Origin: Mycobacterium tuberculosis H37Rv | Lineage (GTDB): Bacteria; Actinomycetota; Actinomycetes; Mycobacteriales; Mycobacteriaceae | DNA length: 32,000 nt | Assembly (NCBI RefSeq): GCF_000195955.2 | Contig: NC_000962.3 | Coordinates: 4,379,533-4,411,532 of the forward strand | Direction of reading: 5' to 3' | Shown: positions 25,636 to 32,000 of the stretch, one piece after another | Numbering within the stretch: position 1 is the stretch's first letter | How the letters are laid out: each line of letters opens with the position of its first letter | Notes under the pieces: model-generated | Told to the model about the DNA's origin: nothing | The model's input: only the letters and a program-made list of their open reading frames with translations | Databases searched by the model: none | Made by a program: the position numbers and the translations under genes

Positions 25636-25863
25636 TAGTCTCCTGGCCTCCGTGCGGCATTGCAACCGATGGCCCTACACCTCCGCGGGCCAATGTGCAC
25701 CAGCAACCCTTCTAGAATAAGAGAGTCGATCGCTATCGGGCCAGTATTCGCGATGCCACTCCAGCCGACTTGCACCGCATCGTGTCCGGCCGGTGACAAT
25801 TGTCCGGTCCATTGCCCCGTCCAATCTCGAATCCGCTTGCCGCACACCGCGTCTCCGTTGATT

Positions 25864-25906
25864 CCCGCTCCCCGCAGCGGGTTGGCTTAGGCGCCGGAAC
25901 CGGCGC
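25864..25906 (-). terminator. Two GC-rich hairpins downstream of parB (candidate terminators without U-tract)
   Basis: GCGCCGG-AA-CCGGCGC at 25891-25906 starts 19 nt after the parB TAA. CCCGCT-CCCCGC-AGCGGG at 25864-25881 lies further downstream. Neither has a U-tail, as is common in mycobacteria. Confidence 0.3.
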
Positions 25907-25924
25907 GTTGTCACAGTGACGTAA

Positions 25925-28700
<2,776 letters not shown>

Positions 28701-28703
28701 TCA

Positions 28704-28719
28704 TGTTTCACGTGAAACA
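28704..28719. other. parS centromere-like ParB binding site in the jag-rsmG intergenic region
   Basis: It is the identical 18-bp palindrome ATGTTTCACGTGAAACAT at 28703-28720, 33 nt upstream of the rsmG start codon. Confidence 0.9.
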
Positions 28720-28801
28720 TTCTCCGCTCTCGAGACGCTGGCCCAGCCGCTCGGCCACGCATCGCTTACTGCGGCGTCGGTCGGAGCCGCTGGCTCGCGA
28801 G

Positions 28802-29365
28802 CTAGTCGCGGAGCACAACGACTCGGCGTTCTGGCTCCACGCCTTCGCTTTCGCTGTGCACACCTGGCACCGCTGCAACCGCATCGTGGACGATCTTCCG
28901 TTCGAACGGCGTCATTGGAACGAGTTCCTCGCGGTCACCGGTTTCGGCCACTCGCCGCGCCACCTCGTCGGCCAGCGCCGCCAATTCCTCCCGGCGCCGC
29001 CGTCGCCACCTCGCGATGTCTAGCATCAACCGGCTCCGCACACCGGTCTTCTGATGCACCGCCAACCGGGTGAGTTCCTGCAGAGCGTCGAGCACCTCGC
29101 CCCCGCGCCCGACCAACTTGTTCAGGTCGTCACTGCCGTCGATGCTCACCACCGCACGATTGCCTTCGACATCGAGGTCGATGTCGCCATCGAAGTCCAA
29201 CACGTCCAATAACTCTTCCAGGTAGTCGCCTGCAATCTCGCCCTCGGCGACCAATCTCTCTTCTTGATCGTCGGCCTCGTCAGCATCCGTCGCCGTGTCC
29301 TCCCGGACGCCTCCACCCGGTGCTTCTGCGTCGACGTCGAAGTCGGTGGTGTCAGCGTCGGCCAT
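28802..29365 (-). CDS. Jag-like KH/R3H single-stranded nucleic-acid-binding protein (Rv3920c), 187 aa
   Basis: ORF track 28802..29440; I chose ATG 29365 (MADADTTDFDV...). It has an acidic N-terminus, a KH-like GRGGEVLDALQ and an R3H-like motif FERKIVHDAV. The position downstream of yidC is conserved. Confidence 0.8.
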   Translation of the reverse strand: MADADTTDFDVDAEAPGGGVREDTATDADEADDQEERLVAEGEIAGDYLEELLDVLDFDGDIDLDVEGNRAVVSIDGSDDLNKLVGRGGEVLDALQELTRLAVHQKTGVRSRLMLDIARWRRRRREELAALADEVARRVAETGDREELVPMTPFERKIVHDAVAAVPGVHSESEGVEPERRVVVLRD

Positions 29366-29436
29366 GGCTTGCTCTCCCCTCGTCTGCAGGCGGGTTGTGT
29401 TTGTGGGACCGCCTGCCCGGCTGCCCGGAAGGATTG

Positions 29437-30537
29437 TCAACGTTTGCGTTTTTTCGGTCGCACCCCGGGCCGCGGCGTACGGGCGCTCGGGCCGCTGTTG
29501 CGTCTGGCCGGATTGGACGTGTCGGCTGGTCGCTCAGTGCTGGCGTCCGACTCTGCCCCGTCATCGGTGTCCCCGGCTTCTGTTGGGGCTGCCGCATTGG
29601 TCGCTGGAGCGGTCTTCGGGCTCCGCTTGGGCTTAGCTCCCGGGGCCGGCGCGTTGGCCGCCCGGCGCCGGACCGCCTCCTGCTTTTTGGCCTCCTCCTC
29701 CTTTTCGATCATGCCGAAGACGTAATGCTGCTGCCCGAACGTCCAGATATTGTTCGAGAACCAATACAAGATGATCGCCAGTGGCAGGAACGGTCCGCCG
29801 ACGACTACGCCGAGCGGAAATACGTACAGCGCCAGCTTGTTCATCATCGCGGTCTGTGGATTCGCAGCCGCCTCGGCGCTCTGCCGCGCGATAGACGCGC
29901 GACTGTTGAAGTACGTCGCGATGCCGGCCAAGATCATCACCGGCACACCCACCGCGATCAACGCAGGGCGACTGAAATCGACGAACGCATCCAACCCGGA
30001 CCGTTGCGTCATGTACGCCCCGATCGGAGCGCCGAACAAGTTGGCATCTAGGAAGTGGCCGACGTCGACCGGGCTAAAGACGTAGTTCCCAGTCAGTCGG
30101 TTCTCGATCACCGACAAGTGTGGTTGACCAAAGCCCCCGGTCGTACGGTTAAACGAGCGCAACACATGATAGAGCCCAAGAAACACCGGAATCTGCGCCA
30201 GCATCGGCAAACATCCGAGAATGGGGTTGAAGCCGTGCTCGCGTTGCAGCTTTTGCATTTCGAGCGCCATCCGCTGACGATCCTTGCCGTATTTCTTTTG
30301 CAAGGCCTTGATCTGTGGTTGCAGTTCCTGCATCTGCCTGGTGGTGCGAATCTGGCGCACGAACGGCTTGTACAGCAGCGCACGCAGCGTGAAGACCAGG
30401 AACATCACCGACAACGCCCAGGCGAAGAAGTTGGATGGTCCTAGCACAAACGCGAACAGCCGGTACCAAACCCACATGATCCACGACACCGGGTAGTAGA
30501 TGAAGTCGAGACTGAAGAAATCAAACAAAAGACTCAC
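29437..30537 (-). CDS. yidC: Membrane protein insertase YidC (Rv3921c), 366 aa
   Basis: ORF track 366 aa. It is a polytopic membrane protein with a basic C-terminal tail, and synteny rpmH-rnpA-yidD-yidC is conserved. Confidence 0.9.
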
Positions 30538-30883
30538 GCTCCCCTCGCTTTGACGCAGGGTTCCAGTCGTCGTTCGCGCCGTCGACGTCTGTCTGGCAGC
30601 TCCGGCCTGTCGTTAAGCCTTCCGGTATCGGATCCCATCCTCCCCGATGCCATGGTCCGCACTTTGCGAGCCTGATCATGGTCAACCAGCTTCCCCGCAA
30701 CAGGCCATACTCGGTGAGCGCATCGACGGCGTACTGACTACAGGTAGGGACAAAGCGGCACGACGCCGGTCGTAGCGGCGAAAGCATGTGCCGATAGACC
30801 TGGATAACGAAAATCAACCCCCGCGCTGATGCTCTACCGGTAACCCGGACCACGCGCCCACAGCTTTGCCTAGACAGACTCAC
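30521..30883 (-). CDS. yidD: Membrane protein insertion efficiency factor YidD (Rv3922c), 120 aa
   Basis: ORF track 120 aa. It has the YidD signature [15 protein letters not shown]. The GTG start overlaps the rnpA stop (GTGA). Confidence 0.85.
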
Positions 30884-31257
30884 CGATCACTACCTGCCAG
30901 TTCGACAGCCCTCCGCAAGCCGCATCGCAGTTGCTGCTCCAACCGAGCCGAGGAGACATGCCGGCTGCTCGGCAGCGCGCGGATCACCACATGATCGGAC
31001 GGGTGGAGTTCTTTGACGATCGACCCAGCCACGTGCCGCAGCCGACGTGCCACGCGGTGGCGTTCCACGGCCGACCCCACCGACTTGGCGATAATCAGTC
31101 CGACGCGCGGCCCACCGCCACTCCCACGCCACCAATAAACGACCATGTCAGACCGCACGGTACGCATCCCGTGCTTCACCGTTGTTTCAAAATCCGCTGA
31201 CCGCCTCATGCGGTTGCGTGCACGAAGCACCGCAAATAAGCCCGGTGTTGCAATCAA
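30880..31257 (-). CDS. rnpA: RNase P protein component RnpA (Rv3923c), 125 aa
   Basis: ORF track 125 aa. It has a basic RNR-type motif ([13 protein letters not shown]). The TTG start overlaps the rpmH stop (TTGA). Confidence 0.85.
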
Positions 31258-31397
31258 GCACTGAGCGTGCGCCGACCCTTGCGTCGCCGGCTGGACACAA
31301 TTGACCTCCCGGCGCGGGTACGCATCCGTAAGCGGAAACCGTGAACACGAGCTCGCCGCCGGTTGTTCGGCTGGAAGGTCCTTTTGCCCTTGGTCAC
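31254..31397 (-). CDS. rpmH: 50S ribosomal protein L34 RpmH (Rv3924c), 47 aa
   Basis: ORF track 31254..31454. I chose GTG 31397 ([31 protein letters not shown]...), which is preceded by GGAG. The highly basic L34 sequence is unmistakable. Confidence 0.9.
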
Positions 31398-31890
31398 GGG
31401 CGTCTCCTCGCTATGTCTGGCAACATCACCATCCGGCCACTCACTGCCTTCCAACTCGATTGGCCCGCGGGACAGTCGGAGGTGGTTTTCGCTGCTGGCC
31501 GGCGCGGTCCCTGGACTAATCCAGGTCGCAGCCGCATCGCCGACTTTCGGGCGACTGTTCGAGGGTACTTACGCGCCTTCGCCTGGTCAAACCTCGCCCA
31601 CCCGGCAACCGCTTCAGGGCATCCTGCCCGCTAAGCTGCTCACCATCCGTACACCCGAGACCGCCACACTCACAAAGAACCCACCACAACGCAAAACAAC
31701 GGTTGGCAGCCGTACGGAAAACTGTTAGCTTCGGGCGGTGTAGTTATCACGCCGTTTCAGCGTGGAAACGGCACTCGACAATCAAGCGAGGATGGCGGAT
31801 CGACTAGCGGCCCGGACAACTTGAACCGGGTGTTTTCAACACGAGGATCGCGAGCCGTTGCCGGTAGGTTGCGGCTGGTTATCGACGGTA

Positions 31891-31922
31891 CTGTCCACAT
31901 TTGTGGATAGCCATGTGGACAG
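31891..31922. promoter_or_regulatory. Cluster of three DnaA boxes in the rpmH-dnaA intergenic region (dnaA promoter/autoregulation region)
   Basis: cTGTCCACA lies at 31891-31899 (+). TGTGGATAg lies at 31902-31910 (reverse complement cTATCCACA). TGTGGACAg lies at 31914-31922 (reverse complement cTGTCCACA). All match the mycobacterial DnaA box core T(G/C)TCCACA, and the outer two are exact inverted copies. Confidence 0.75.
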
Positions 31923-31987
31923 TTCACCTGCCCACAACAACGGTTGTAGCTCGACCCGGAACCAAGACCCGGAACTAACGAGAACCA

Positions 31988-31993
31988 GGGAGA
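31988..31993 (+). promoter_or_regulatory. Probable Shine-Dalgarno of dnaA; start codon expected at the first base beyond the window
   Basis: GGGAGA ends 7 nt before the window end. From memory, the M. tuberculosis reference sequence is linearised at the dnaA start directly after ...GGGAGATACGTCG. Confidence 0.4.
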
Positions 31994-32000
31994 TACGTCG

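Noticed and set aside
31953-31975. Direct repeat GACCCGGAAC x2 with 13-bp period just upstream of the dnaA ribosome-binding site
   Set aside because: A 10-bp repeat at short range is expected by chance a few times in this window. It does not match any regulator motif that I can name with confidence.
31398-32000. Calling this intergenic region the replication origin because it has DnaA boxes
   Set aside because: In mycobacteria the functional oriC is established to lie in the dnaA-dnaN spacer, which is outside this window. Three boxes with no evident AT-rich unwinding element fit a dnaA promoter operator better.

Overview
High-GC (~65%) actinobacterial DNA. From gene content and protein sequences I recognise it as the Mycobacterium tuberculosis-complex chromosome segment immediately upstream of dnaA (H37Rv-style tags Rv3894c to Rv3924c). 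Tags and published functions are recalled from memory; no search was run.

Gene order, left to right:
- The 5' end of eccC2, then eccB2 (ESX-2 core).
- An SLT-domain gene and five Ala/Gly/Pro-rich accessory genes (Rv3896c-Rv3901c).
- The esxF-esxE-cpnT-ift toxin/immunity operon, preceded by a DxDxDG-repeat gene (Rv3906c).
- pcnA.
- An 11-kb plus-strand block: mutT4-Rv3909-murJ-sigM-rsmA-trxB2-trxC-cwlM.
- The minus-strand origin-proximal housekeeping block: Rv3916c-parB-parA-rsmG-jag-yidC-yidD-rnpA-rpmH.
- The rpmH-dnaA intergenic region; the window ends just before the dnaA start.

I call 31 CDS. Many junctions are 4-nt start/stop overlaps (ATGA/GTGA/TTGA). Non-coding features are two identical 18-bp palindromic parS sites, three DnaA boxes, a SigH-type promoter before trxB2 and an ECF-type promoter before Rv3906c. 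I saw no rRNA, tRNA, CRISPR array or IS element.

Most systems here are already described (CpnT/TNT-IFT-EsxEF, MurJ-CwlM, ParABS), and I did not find a convincing wholly new system. These deserve a second look:
- sigM region 4.2 is out of frame as read.
- The TNT-ift cassette is a ~1.3-kb low-GC island.
- There are three apparent frame problems in the ESX-2-flanking accessory cluster (Rv3897c, Rv3900c/Rv3899c, Rv3901c).
- An SLT lytic-transglycosylase gene is fused to the ESX-2 operon.
- The uncharacterised Rv3906c is tightly coupled to the toxin operon, and Rv3909 to murJ.
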